Assembly (NCBI RefSeq): GCF_003231495.1
Contig: NZ_PQWO01000038.1
Span: 1 to 25,081, forward strand
Length of the DNA: 25,081 nt
Direction of reading: 5' to 3'
DNA from: Acaryochloris thomasi RCC1774
GTDB taxonomy: Bacteria; Cyanobacteriota; Cyanobacteriia; Thermosynechococcales; Thermosynechococcaceae
Position 1 is the first letter of the stretch; each line of letters opens with the position of its first letter. The notes beneath the pieces were generated by a model. It ran no database searches and was not told the origin of the DNA. It worked only from the letters and a program-made list of their open reading frames with translations. A program made the translations under genes and the position numbers. Positions 17,501-24,779 of this stretch are shown in pieces.

Positions 17501-18679
17501 GGTCTCGCGATCACAGAGAACTTGCCGATCAGCCGCCTGCATCAGTCGAGCCGCTAAATTCACGACCGCCCCAATCATCGTGTATTCGCAGCGCTGAACG
17601 CTCCCAATCGTGCCGCAGAAAACATTGCCTGTACTCACCCCAATTTTGCAATGCCACCCCTGAGCCTGTAGCTTTTCCTGCATTACCAATGCAGCCTTGA
17701 TCCCACGTTCCGGGTCATCTTCATGGGCCAAAGGCGGCAGCCCAAACGCGGCAACAAGCGTACTCCCCTTCTCATCAACGCTAATTTTGTTAACGCTGCC
17801 CTCTAGGCGATACAAAATGCGCTGCAGCATCACCATCGTGGCCTGCATCTGCTCCAGCGACGCTGAGTCACTCAACTGCGGCAAATGAATAAACAAGAGC
17901 GTAATCTGCCGGTACTCAGCCAACCAATCCATCTGCCCCGCAGACAGACGGGCCAGAATTGCCCCTGGGATGTAAGAGCGCAGGCCTTCTGAGAGGACAC
18001 CGGGCACCGGTTCATCGGCCACAGGACACTGAGAAGAGGGGGCAATTGATCTGAGTAACCGATCCCCCTGGGGTAACGGCTTTCCCTGGCCCACTACCTG
18101 CACAAGCGCCCAAGCAGAAGCCGACAAAGCCACTCCCCCTAGCGGAACCTGGATAAAAAGCCGGCTGAGTTGACTGAGGGGTGGCCCCGTTACGATATAG
18201 TCCCATCGGTTCAAGACGCCCCCCACATAGGCGACCGTGATCTCCCCCACAGCAACACAGATGCGAAGCGTTAGATCAACGTTCTCAGGCGGTTCATAGG
18301 TCTGGGCATAGGCCTGAATGATGAGTCCACATTCTGCGGCTTGATGAGTAACCGTTTCCAAAGAACCGCTTTCTGTGACCGTCCATGCAGCCAGCAGCGA
18401 GTCACCCGCAAACTTAATCACGTCCCCTCCGTGGGCCAAGATCAAATCTGTAATATCGCCAAAGTAAGTATTGAGAATTTGGGTCAAATCCTCTAAACCC
18501 GTTGGTCCAGATTGAGCAAGCGCCTCAGTGAGAGAAGTAAATCCTGAGATGTCAGCAAACAAGAGAGCTGCCGAATATTGTTCAGATCGATGCGGACGGA
18601 GGGGACTTGCTTCCTCTGACAGATGGCGCACAACCAAACGGGGCACATAGCTAGCTAAGGTATCGATCAATTCGACCAC
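14591..18679 (-). CDS. Soluble-adenylyl-cyclase-like protein: tandem class III cyclase homology domains, STAND/AAA_16 P-loop NTPase, and a TPR-like helical repeat region.
   Basis: CHD-1 spans aa ~36-200 (nt 18080-18574) with FADISGFT and GGDVIKFAGDSLLAAW. CHD-2 spans aa ~256-425 (nt 17405-17914) with ITLLFIHL, VDEKGSTLVAAFGLP, IGVSTGNVFCGTIGS and EYTMIGAVVNLAARLM. Walker A GEAGIGKS is at nt 17258-17281 and Walker B-like MLFAFEDAHWLD follows. The C-terminal ~750 aa is helical and repeat-rich (ALEYLDKAGEQALTSGAYQEAIAFLTQAL etc.) with no recognisable HTH. Confidence 0.9.
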   Translation of the reverse strand: MVELIDTLASYVPRLVVRHLSEEASPLRPHRSEQYSAALLFADISGFTSLTEALAQSGPTGLEDLTQILNTYFGDITDLILAHGGDVIKFAGDSLLAAWTVTESGSLETVTHQAAECGLIIQAYAQTYEPPENVDLTLRICVAVGEITVAYVGGVLNRWDYIVTGPPLSQLSRLFIQVPLGGVALSASAWALVQVVGQGKPLPQGDRLLRSIAPSSQCPVADEPVPGVLSEGLRSYIPGAILARLSAGQMDWLAEYRQITLLFIHLPQLSDSASLEQMQATMVMLQRILYRLEGSVNKISVDEKGSTLVAAFGLPPLAHEDDPERGIKAALVMQEKLQAQGWHCKIGVSTGNVFCGTIGSVQRCEYTMIGAVVNLAARLMQAADRQVLCDRETYRASRSKLTYNALSPRLFKGFDRPVSVYQPLGLTPPPLIAETDLIGCQRERQHLIEMVRRWRKKRRPSIAILEGEAGIGKSKLLANFLHWAKTQNLSFTSGAGDAIEQFTPYYAWRPILAQRLGLETDTRQRRQQLLTLLASDSDVPTRLAKSPEAIAPLLNVVFDVDFPETELTQQMQGAVRADNIRALLLHLLGVTSAPMLFAFEDAHWLDSASWALLRTLSQKKWPVLIVIATRPRTGSRPDDYQQLLTADQTKYLRLAGLSRAETQQFVCQQLGIQTLSESVTTFIYQKAEGHPFLSEELAYALRDAGGVAIANNQCDWTADGPHEQELNLPTTLQGLITSRIDRLTPAQQLLLKSASVIGRSFLYPLLYEIYPLSADKHQLPQNVQGLYQQKLLVLESPEPLAYMFRHVLMQEVTYQLMLFSQRRELHRAIATWYESSSRQDAYGLLAFHWSRAEDNLKALEYLDKAGEQALTSGAYQEAIAFLTQALERTQTDQPRQARWHRQLGEACLSLGQLQKSEHHLQAALSQLGQAMPQRSLWLNLLRQIGQQTWHRLRSRSPEILSTALQLKRLELTRAYVTLGEVYYYTHRRTLATYASITGLNIAETAAPSSELARIYANVCFAAGLNQLHGLARRYSTLAEITLHELDASLSCVGWVALVTGAYRSGGGRWSPAQERLQVAIDAYRTLSDHHHLAESLAALALVKHCQGRFRDALLLWEQIYQTGHQCGDIQAQAWGLLGQIEERLAMSNIGRPQSLTALGIGLPTDSLMTVGVQTLNLMQSAQKLLRERPDLVSERIRLQGLSSLIFYCQGELARSRQAVALALDSIQQSPPIALYVLEGYGSVLDVSYLLGEFALCRQAQSALQKYAQSFQIGQPRQLYWLGYTNWIQGKVQQTKRLWKKGLDIAQQLEMPYEQAQIHRMWSLCLSSDPSRQWHQAQADELFQMLEIGPQAQDSERHDSRSD

Positions 18680-18803
18680 AGGAATTCTAGGCCCTTCGCA
18701 AATTAAGGTGCGTTTCTTCGTTTCTTCTATTTAACAATGTTCAAAAAGTTAAGATCCGTGAGCTTTTAGATCTAGGTGCAGACAACGATACGAATCAGAC
18801 CTT

Positions 18804-19385
18804 TTAGGGATTGACGGGCTGAACAGACCATTGACCCGATGATTCTAAGTGATATAGGCGTCGCTGCTGCGGCATTCCGCGTAGTTCTAAATGATCGACC
18901 CGATTCGGCTCTAGCAATACGAGGCAAAATGATAAGAGGGGGCGGTCTGCGTCAAGGGACTCTATTGCAGCAGGATTCTCCGTCTGCGGCATTCCGGGTG
19001 TCGGCCATGCAAACTGTTCTTGCGCCGACTCTGAGAGTGCTTTCCAGGTCAGCTGACGCTGGCGCTGTAGGGATGCATCAGCACAGTCTCGATCAATGAG
19101 CCGCAGCTGACCCGAAATCCGAAACTGCTCTCGCGTTTTTGGGAAGTACCAGCAGGCTTCAGTCCAGCTACAGCTCTGGATTTGCCCAACTTTGGCGCTG
19201 CGCTGGTCGGTCACAAATTTAAGCTGATTAGAGGCCTCAAGAAAACCACGAAAAACGACGGTGCGGTTAGCAGGCTTCTGATCTCGCGTGAGCGTGGCCA
19301 ACTGCAGATAGCGGGCATTGGGGAGAGACCGATTGCGATGAAGGGCGCGGGCCAATGTGGGTCGCCAAGGCGTTGGAGGAGTCAT
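18804..19385 (-). CDS. PPOX-class FMN-dependent flavoprotein (pyridoxamine 5'-phosphate oxidase-related, cyanobacterial alr4036-type).
   Basis: YLQLATLTRDQKPANRTVVFRGF...LKFVTDQRSAKVGQI...EACWYFPKTREQFRISG...EQFAWPTPG... matches the PNPOx-like split-barrel pattern. The start is probably ATG 19385 (MTPPTPWRPTLARAL). The track start at 19412 is a TTG. Confidence 0.75.
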   Translation of the reverse strand: MTPPTPWRPTLARALHRNRSLPNARYLQLATLTRDQKPANRTVVFRGFLEASNQLKFVTDQRSAKVGQIQSCSWTEACWYFPKTREQFRISGQLRLIDRDCADASLQRQRQLTWKALSESAQEQFAWPTPGMPQTENPAAIESLDADRPLLSFCLVLLEPNRVDHLELRGMPQQRRLYHLESSGQWSVQPVNP

Positions 19386-19453
19386 GACAGGGTTGGTTAG
19401 GCGCAGCTTCAAAACACGATTATCGAGCCTTTAGCCCCCGAAGTCACGGGCCT

Positions 19454-20695
19454 TCAAAAAACAAGGCTCAATGCTTTCTTACCGGTTTGCGTTAAGAGCC
19501 GCACCGGACGCAAAAAGTAGTAAAGAAAGTAAAAAGGGCGCGGCAGAGGTAAAAATTCATGATCTAGGGTATTGGGTAATACCTTGATCACTTTTGATCT
19601 CATGTGACGCCTGATCTCTTTCAAGCTGTCCCATCGGTCCTGGGGATGCTCAACCGACCGCAGATGGAACCAAAATTTTTCGCGCGTAAAGCGCCGGCCC
19701 AGGCGATTGTTAGAATCGAACAATTTCTGAACGCACTGGTGGGTGAGCTGCTGACCAATGACATCCTGGGCAAGCTTTTGCTCAATTAAGGGGGGAAGGG
19801 GAGTACCTAAAAACGTATGGGCTAGTGATAGCCCCAACAGCAGTCGCCGCTCGCATCGTAGTACTTGCGATCGCATCAGTATTTCTGTCCAGTTGGCCTG
19901 GGGAGAGTTTTGGACCCACTCAGCAACATCACAGATCCATTTGAGACCGCGCCAGCACTCTTTCGAGCCGTGCAGACAAAGGTAGATTAAGAGATCGGCT
20001 TGGCTAAAGCTAGGGACTGACTGACCCGCAATCGTGATCATTTCGCGGCGCTCCCACAGCAGATCGAAGGTCAAGGCCGACGAAAGAAAATCCTCTACGG
20101 TCAGATTTCGATGCAGATCGATGGGGACGATGCCTTTTCTGAGACCGTATTCCCGCCAAGAATTCATAAATGACGCTTCCTGAGCAGGATCTAAAAAATG
20201 CCACTGCCGCCCAGAACAGTAGCCTGCCTCTGTGGTGAGAATTGCGATCGCATCTAACACCCTGTGCGGCTCCACCCAAATATCTAGGTCACAGAAATTT
20301 CTCAGCGCCAGATTCCCATAGGCAGAAACGGCCAGAACCGGACCCTTAAAAGGCAAGGCGCGAATACCGTGCGTTTCTAGAAGCTGCAGAATACTGAGCA
20401 GTTCCCGCGTGAACAGAGTATTTTTCAGAGCAATTTGCTGTACAAACTGTCGCAGCTGCTTCAGCATTTGTTGCGGGACAACATCAGGGGCAACAGCGCT
20501 CAAGCTTTGATAGAGCAACGGGAGAACACCGTGATTACCTGCCGTTTCAATCAGATAATCCCAGTCCAGATCATTTTGGCCTGCCAACACCTCAATCTCC
20601 TGAATCGAGGCATCCTGAATTTGGGTGGTTGCACAGCGAAGCAGCAGGCGAAGCTCAGACCCTAAAGATACGTTGAGACTTTCCACAGACAACAC
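19454..20695 (-). CDS. Uncharacterised nucleotidyltransferase-family protein (NTP_transf_5/PF14907-like).
   Basis: The 413-aa ORF contains LDWDYLIETAGNHGVLPLLYQSL...IRALPFKGPVLAVSAYGNLALRNFCDLDIWVEP...IDLH. This resembles the family signature GxxxR.FxDLDxLV as I recall it. The start is GTG. The call is from memory of the family only. Confidence 0.65.
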   Translation of the reverse strand: MLSVESLNVSLGSELRLLLRCATTQIQDASIQEIEVLAGQNDLDWDYLIETAGNHGVLPLLYQSLSAVAPDVVPQQMLKQLRQFVQQIALKNTLFTRELLSILQLLETHGIRALPFKGPVLAVSAYGNLALRNFCDLDIWVEPHRVLDAIAILTTEAGYCSGRQWHFLDPAQEASFMNSWREYGLRKGIVPIDLHRNLTVEDFLSSALTFDLLWERREMITIAGQSVPSFSQADLLIYLCLHGSKECWRGLKWICDVAEWVQNSPQANWTEILMRSQVLRCERRLLLGLSLAHTFLGTPLPPLIEQKLAQDVIGQQLTHQCVQKLFDSNNRLGRRFTREKFWFHLRSVEHPQDRWDSLKEIRRHMRSKVIKVLPNTLDHEFLPLPRPFYFLYYFLRPVRLLTQTGKKALSLVF

Positions 20696-20836
20696 TTCTT
20701 TCTCTAAACTGCGCCCTCAGATCCTAAACACAAGACCTATTGACCAGTGTACCCAAATCAGGCCAAACGCTCTCAGCATCTGCCCTCAGCCGTTTGGTAA
20801 CGGCAAAACAGCCAATGTTGTTTTGCTAGCGTGACA

Positions 20837-21814
20837 TTAATCAAACCAGAGAGATAAAAGCTCCTGCCCCAATAGCTCATCGAGTCCAGCCAGCTCCTTT
20901 TTAAAGAAATCATCTAAAAACTGCTTGGTTGACGCTCTCATCTTAGGAGGTCTGCTGTCGGTGAGCGGATTAATAAGCCGATGGGCCTTATTAACTATTT
21001 TTGGAATATTGAATTTTGACTTAGATTGACCGTGGTGAGTGGGCAGAAAATCGCCATAGTTAATCGTGTTTAGCTGGCGGAACCATTTGTTTCTTAAGAT
21101 CTGAATCTTTAAATATTTTGGAATTCGAGCAGAGTTTTCATGAGATTTAAAAGCAGCTGTTGGTAGTGCTTCAAAATCAACGCCGACATGCTCACAGACT
21201 GACCGTACAGTCTGTGCTTTATTCGCAATAAATTCTTCAAACAGAACGATCTTAATGCGCGCTCTCGGAATATACCTTAGAAAATCTTCCAGTTGCTCAT
21301 AGTACATGCTCCGTCCTAAAACACTGTAGGGATCATACTGAATCATCTGTTCAAAATCATAGACAGCCCTACCCGTTCTAAGCATGTGCCAATACTGAGA
21401 ATAGGCTCTGCTGGTCGGGTGGCGAAGCATGACCACAACTTTGATGTCTTTGGGCTGTAGGGCAATTCTCTGCGCCGCTCGTTTAGAACTGAGATAAACG
21501 GTAGAGTCTTCGCCAATCATCTGACCGGCTTGAGCTGCGGCAAAATGACGGGCATACCAGCGCCAAAATTTTTCCGGATCTTCATGGATATCTTGCGAGA
21601 TCCACTGTCCTTGCTTAAATAAGAAGAAGTCAGGGTGTTCCAATAAGTTATCAATATCAAAAAAATGGATCTCTTTCTCAGGTATATAGATATCTGGATG
21701 TTGATCAAGAACATGGTGCAACGTTGTCGTTCCAGACTTCATTGCGCCACAGATAATAAAGTCTGGAATTTTAATTTTTTCTGGAGCAATCCACACGTTA
21801 GTCAGCTGAGTCAT
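20837..21814 (-). CDS. PAPS-dependent sulfotransferase (Sulfotransfer_1/3-like).
   Basis: The 5'-PSB loop is FIICGAMKSGTTTLHHVL and the 3'-PB motif is VVVMLRHPTSRAYSQYWH. The gene is markedly AT-rich relative to its neighbours: spot counts of two 60-nt lines gave about 35-40% GC against about 52-53% in lines from the cyclase and lyase genes. Confidence 0.85.
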   Translation of the reverse strand: MTQLTNVWIAPEKIKIPDFIICGAMKSGTTTLHHVLDQHPDIYIPEKEIHFFDIDNLLEHPDFFLFKQGQWISQDIHEDPEKFWRWYARHFAAAQAGQMIGEDSTVYLSSKRAAQRIALQPKDIKVVVMLRHPTSRAYSQYWHMLRTGRAVYDFEQMIQYDPYSVLGRSMYYEQLEDFLRYIPRARIKIVLFEEFIANKAQTVRSVCEHVGVDFEALPTAAFKSHENSARIPKYLKIQILRNKWFRQLNTINYGDFLPTHHGQSKSKFNIPKIVNKAHRLINPLTDSRPPKMRASTKQFLDDFFKKELAGLDELLGQELLSLWFD

Positions 21815-21946
21815 TATATTTTAGGTTCGGTATATTTCAGTTCAGGAGGGCACCTTATAGGGTCTGACCTGTCGTTCATTGACGCTCGCGAAGAGGGGAT
21901 TGAGGTCTGTCTATCACTTTAAATACAGGATAAGAGTACAGGAGAT

Positions 21947-21980
21947 AGCTCACGTTTAGATCTGATACGTGAGCTTTTTT
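21947..21980 (+). terminator. Strong intrinsic-terminator-like hairpin with no upstream plus-strand ORF.
   Basis: AGCTCACGT (21947-21955), 11-nt loop TTAGATCTGAT, ACGTGAGCT (21967-21975), then a T-run to 21980. The stem is a perfect 9 bp. The minus-strand reading has no trailing U-run. Confidence 0.6.
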
Positions 21981-22020
21981 GACTGAAGATAACGCCTATT
22001 CTTTCTAGGTGTGGCCACCT

Positions 22021-22046
22021 GTTCCAGGTCTGGCTGGAACGTTTTT
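22021..22046 (+). terminator. Second terminator-like hairpin, about 40 nt downstream of the first.
   Basis: GTTCCAG (22021-22027), loop GTCTGG, CTGGAAC (22034-22040), followed by GTTTTT. Confidence 0.45.
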
Positions 22047-22257
22047 CCGAACCTTGAGTCCAGTACTTATGGGTAGGCTGCCCTCTCGTCTCGTCATGAT
22101 CTAAAGACTTCTTCGTTATCCTGAAGGAAGTCAATGGGCTTGGCAAGCAGAGCATTGGCGCTACCAATGGCGTCTCCTCCGGCTAATACACGCCGTTCAA
22201 GCTCTGTATTCGTCCAAATCCGTTCCCGTTTTCCCTTGCTCCTTGCATCACTCACTC

Positions 22258-23577
22258 ATGAAACTCCAATCCATTGCTTTACCGCTTGTTTTTCTGATGC
22301 TGTGTCCCCCGGCATGGGGAGAGATTCTCATGTCAGTCGATGCTGAAGGGGCGAGCATTCGCAGCCGTCGAGATGGCAAAGACAACTATGTCAAGAACAG
22401 CGTTGATGGTGACCTGATTGACAACAGCTTAGTGTTAGAAGGACAGGTGCATGGGCATGCTCGCCCGCCCGCCATCAGCACAACGGAATATCGCCAAGGC
22501 TCTCACTCTCTCATGTTTCAAGTGTTGCCCAACAATCGCGGTAAGGAGCGGTCTGAGCTGTGGTTTGAGGGGTCGCGCACGGGCAGGAAATCACGCCGAA
22601 AACCGTTTGACCCCAGCTTTACCGGTGGCTCGCGCACATCCGTTATTCCCTGGGGCGAAGAGCGGTATACGGCTTTCAGCTTCAAGCTGCCGACTGACTA
22701 TCAAGTCGGTAGTGGTCTTTTCATTACCCAATTTTGGCAGGTTTCTCCCAAGGGTCCACCTGCGTCGCTATTGCTCTATCGCAAGGACGGGCGTCTAAAG
22801 GGCACGCTTCAGATTCTCAACGATCGCGGTATGCAAATTGTGGATCGATTCACGGTTAAAAGAGGGGTCTGGCATGACGTAATTCTCAATTACAAATTTA
22901 GTCTCAATCCCAGCGAGGGGTTTATGCAGGCGTGGGTCAGACCCGTCACCAACAAGCAGTACCGCAGACTTAAGCGATATCAGGGAGCCATTGGCTTTAC
23001 TAGCAACTCCAAGCGGCGCAGCAAAGGATTGTTTCATAAGTTCGGCATTTATCGTCCCGGTAAAGATAGTCGGAAGCAAACCGTTTTCTTTGATGAAGTT
23101 CGCAATGCAAGGCCTAGCCCCAATATTTTCTATGAGCTTGATCCATCCTTTATCAACCCACGTCAGTTTTATGTGCTCAAAAATCTAGGGGCCAACGCTG
23201 CGCTCTCGGTTCCGAATAGCAGTCAAACGATTACCAGCGGCAGCAGCGCGATTTTATCTGCTGCGTCGCGTCGGGGCTGGCAGTTTATTTATGTAGAGGA
23301 TGGATACTATCAGCTTCTTAGCAGCGGTAAGGCTCTAGAAGCGAAGCAAGGTAGCAGCCAGACCTGGAATGATGGCGATCCGGTTCAGCTAACGGATCGA
23401 ACGGACCAGCCGAGTCAGCACTGGTACTTGATTGATCAGGGGAAGGGGAACTATCAAATTATCAATCGAGCCAGTCGCCTGTCACTTGCGGGCAGTCCAG
23501 GCACGTCGGATGGCCAATTGGTCCAGTTGGCACGCCCAACCACTCAAGCTCCCCAACTTTGGCGATTTGGGTCTTAA
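22258..23577 (+). CDS. Secreted two-domain protein: polysaccharide-lyase-like (PF14099-type, concanavalin-like fold) N-domain plus a C-terminal ricin-B (beta-trefoil) lectin domain.
   Basis: ATG 22258 gives the signal peptide MKLQSIALPLVFLMLCPPAWG. N-domain blocks: RSELWF, RYTAFSFKLP, FITQFWQ, GVWHDVILNYKFS, GFMQAWV, HKFGIYRPG, VFFDEVR. These fit the heparinase-I-like Polysacc_lyase pattern as I recall it. The C-domain has three QxW-type motifs (RGWQF, QHWYL, QLWRF). The N-domain assignment is less certain than the ricin domain. Confidence 0.65.
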   Translation: MKLQSIALPLVFLMLCPPAWGEILMSVDAEGASIRSRRDGKDNYVKNSVDGDLIDNSLVLEGQVHGHARPPAISTTEYRQGSHSLMFQVLPNNRGKERSELWFEGSRTGRKSRRKPFDPSFTGGSRTSVIPWGEERYTAFSFKLPTDYQVGSGLFITQFWQVSPKGPPASLLLYRKDGRLKGTLQILNDRGMQIVDRFTVKRGVWHDVILNYKFSLNPSEGFMQAWVRPVTNKQYRRLKRYQGAIGFTSNSKRRSKGLFHKFGIYRPGKDSRKQTVFFDEVRNARPSPNIFYELDPSFINPRQFYVLKNLGANAALSVPNSSQTITSGSSAILSAASRRGWQFIYVEDGYYQLLSSGKALEAKQGSSQTWNDGDPVQLTDRTDQPSQHWYLIDQGKGNYQIINRASRLSLAGSPGTSDGQLVQLARPTTQAPQLWRFGS

Positions 23578-23618
23578 CTCGATCCCGTCTCTGATAGCTT
23601 TACAGCTTTAGGTGCCAG

Positions 23619-24770
23619 CTACGTTGGTTCAGATGAGAGGGGCTGCAATATTTGTGCCAGCTGCTGATTAACAACAGATAGATTGAAATCTTGACTCGCT
23701 TTTTGCTGAGCGGCTTTAGCGATGACCTGACTTTGTTCGGGGTGCTGGTGGCAAAAGATAATTTGGTCTGCGAGCTGTTGCGGAGCATTCGATTCACAAA
23801 GCCATCCGGTCTGACCAGAGTTAATGAGTTCGGTGGCTCCCCCTGCGTTGGCGGCGATGACGGGGCGTCCACAGAGCATGGCTTCAACAATGACGCGCCC
23901 AAAGGGTTCGGGAGCCGTTGAGGTATGAGTAATCAGATGGCAAAGACTCATCATTTGAGGCACGTCATTCCGAAATCCAAGGAAACGAACCCGGTTCTCT
24001 AGCCCTAAGTCTTTAACTTTTGCCTGTAGGTGTTGAACATAATCGGCTTCACCGAATAGCGCATCACCGACGAACAACGCTGAGATCTCTTCAGGGCAAA
24101 GCGCCAAGGCATCTAGCAGTATGTGCTGACCTTTCCAGTGCGATAGGCGGCTAAAGTGACCGACCCAAAAGGTATCGCGGTTGAGGTCAAGTTCTTTGGC
24201 CAACGCCTCTTGTTCATGGAGCGGAATCAGATAGTTATCAGGCTGAAAGCCATTGTATAGAATACGGGTTAGCTCTGGCCGTCCTCCGGCTTCAATGAAG
24301 GCGGCTTGCGTGGCGTGGGAGTTGGCGATCACGAGGGTGGCGCGGTTAGCTAAGGTGACGGCGATCTGTCGATTGGTATGACTAAAGTGGCTGGCCGATA
24401 AAATGTCGTGGAGATGGTAGACCAGGGGGCGGCGGGTGATAAGGCTTGCGATCGCACCCACAACCAGCGCCTTGGGCGTATTGGCGTATATCACATCAAA
24501 CTGACGCGCCAGTTTCACGACTTGGCCGAGCAGGGGCAGCAGAGCTGGAATACGGCTGAGTGCCAGCCACAAACTGCTGTCTTTGCGAATCTCAATCGAC
24601 TGCTGTGCCAGCACCTGCACCGGAATTTGCTGCTGCTCTAGCAGGTCTTTAAAGGGACCATCGACCAGCAGCGCCACCAAACACCGATCTCGATAGGGAC
24701 GGGCAATATCCATCAGGCATAGCTCTGCCCCACCGGGTTGACCACTTTGATCAATAAACAGAATTTTCAT
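23619..24770 (-). CDS. GT4-family (GT-B fold) glycosyltransferase.
   Basis: MKILFIDQSGQPGGAE... is at the N-terminus. The C-terminal half has the EX7E region TSTAPEPFGRVIVEAMLCGRPVIAANAGGATELI..GQTGWL. It lies 10 nt downstream of the truncated GT gene on the same strand. Confidence 0.9.
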   Translation of the reverse strand: MKILFIDQSGQPGGAELCLMDIARPYRDRCLVALLVDGPFKDLLEQQQIPVQVLAQQSIEIRKDSSLWLALSRIPALLPLLGQVVKLARQFDVIYANTPKALVVGAIASLITRRPLVYHLHDILSASHFSHTNRQIAVTLANRATLVIANSHATQAAFIEAGGRPELTRILYNGFQPDNYLIPLHEQEALAKELDLNRDTFWVGHFSRLSHWKGQHILLDALALCPEEISALFVGDALFGEADYVQHLQAKVKDLGLENRVRFLGFRNDVPQMMSLCHLITHTSTAPEPFGRVIVEAMLCGRPVIAANAGGATELINSGQTGWLCESNAPQQLADQIIFCHQHPEQSQVIAKAAQQKASQDFNLSVVNQQLAQILQPLSSEPT

Positions 24771-24779
24771 GGCGGTCTC

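Noticed and set aside
14651-18206. Antisense or out-of-frame ORFs of 60-125 aa lie inside real genes. Examples: 510..716, 2035..2238, 2536..2763, 3169..3540, 5104..5391, 6521..6778, 11968..12465, 15391..15702, 16349..16654, 22451..23188, 23600..23921.
   Set aside because: They are embedded in strongly supported genes, have low-complexity Pro/Ser/Arg/Ala-rich composition and carry no recognisable motifs. These are typical shadow ORFs of moderately GC-rich coding DNA.
18752-18773. The 11-mer CGTGAGCTTTT and AGATCT modules are shared between this spot and the terminator hairpin at 21947-21980. This might indicate a dispersed palindromic repeat family.
   Set aside because: Only half of the hairpin is present at 18752-18773, the order of the modules differs, and there are just two occurrences. 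This is too little to call a repeat family without a genome-wide search.
14591-19385. The cyclase gene could be a Pycsar/CBASS-type cyclic-nucleotide defence operon with an adjacent effector.
   Set aside because: The flanking genes are glgC and a PPOX flavoprotein. No TIR, TM, patatin, endonuclease or cNMP-binding effector is adjacent. A self-contained STAND-type role remains only a speculative alternative, noted in the finding.
20717-20779. A 20-codon minus-strand ORF (MLRAFGLIWVHWSIGLVFRI) lies between the sulfotransferase and the NTP_transf_5 gene. I considered it as a RiPP/lasso-type precursor, because sulfotransferase and PF14907 proteins accompany some lasso-peptide clusters.
   Set aside because: No lasso cyclase, leader peptidase, RRE or kinase gene is in the window. 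The GAGGG is only 3 nt from the ATG. The peptide is a plain hydrophobic helix with no leader/core organisation. It cannot be excluded as a small membrane protein, but there is no positive support.
21919-22167. An 82-aa minus-strand ORF lies in the sulfotransferase-lyase spacer.
   Set aside because: It has no motif support or SD sequence. It runs antisense through both terminator-like hairpins, so it is likely spurious.
20252-24447. The absence of HIP1 (GCGATCGC) across about 4.2 kb could be evidence that the whole glycan locus is foreign.
   Set aside because: A comparably long HIP1-free gap (about 10.1-16.2 kb) covers core genes such as glgC, so HIP1 spacing is not discriminating at this scale. 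Only the sulfotransferase shows an independent compositional shift.
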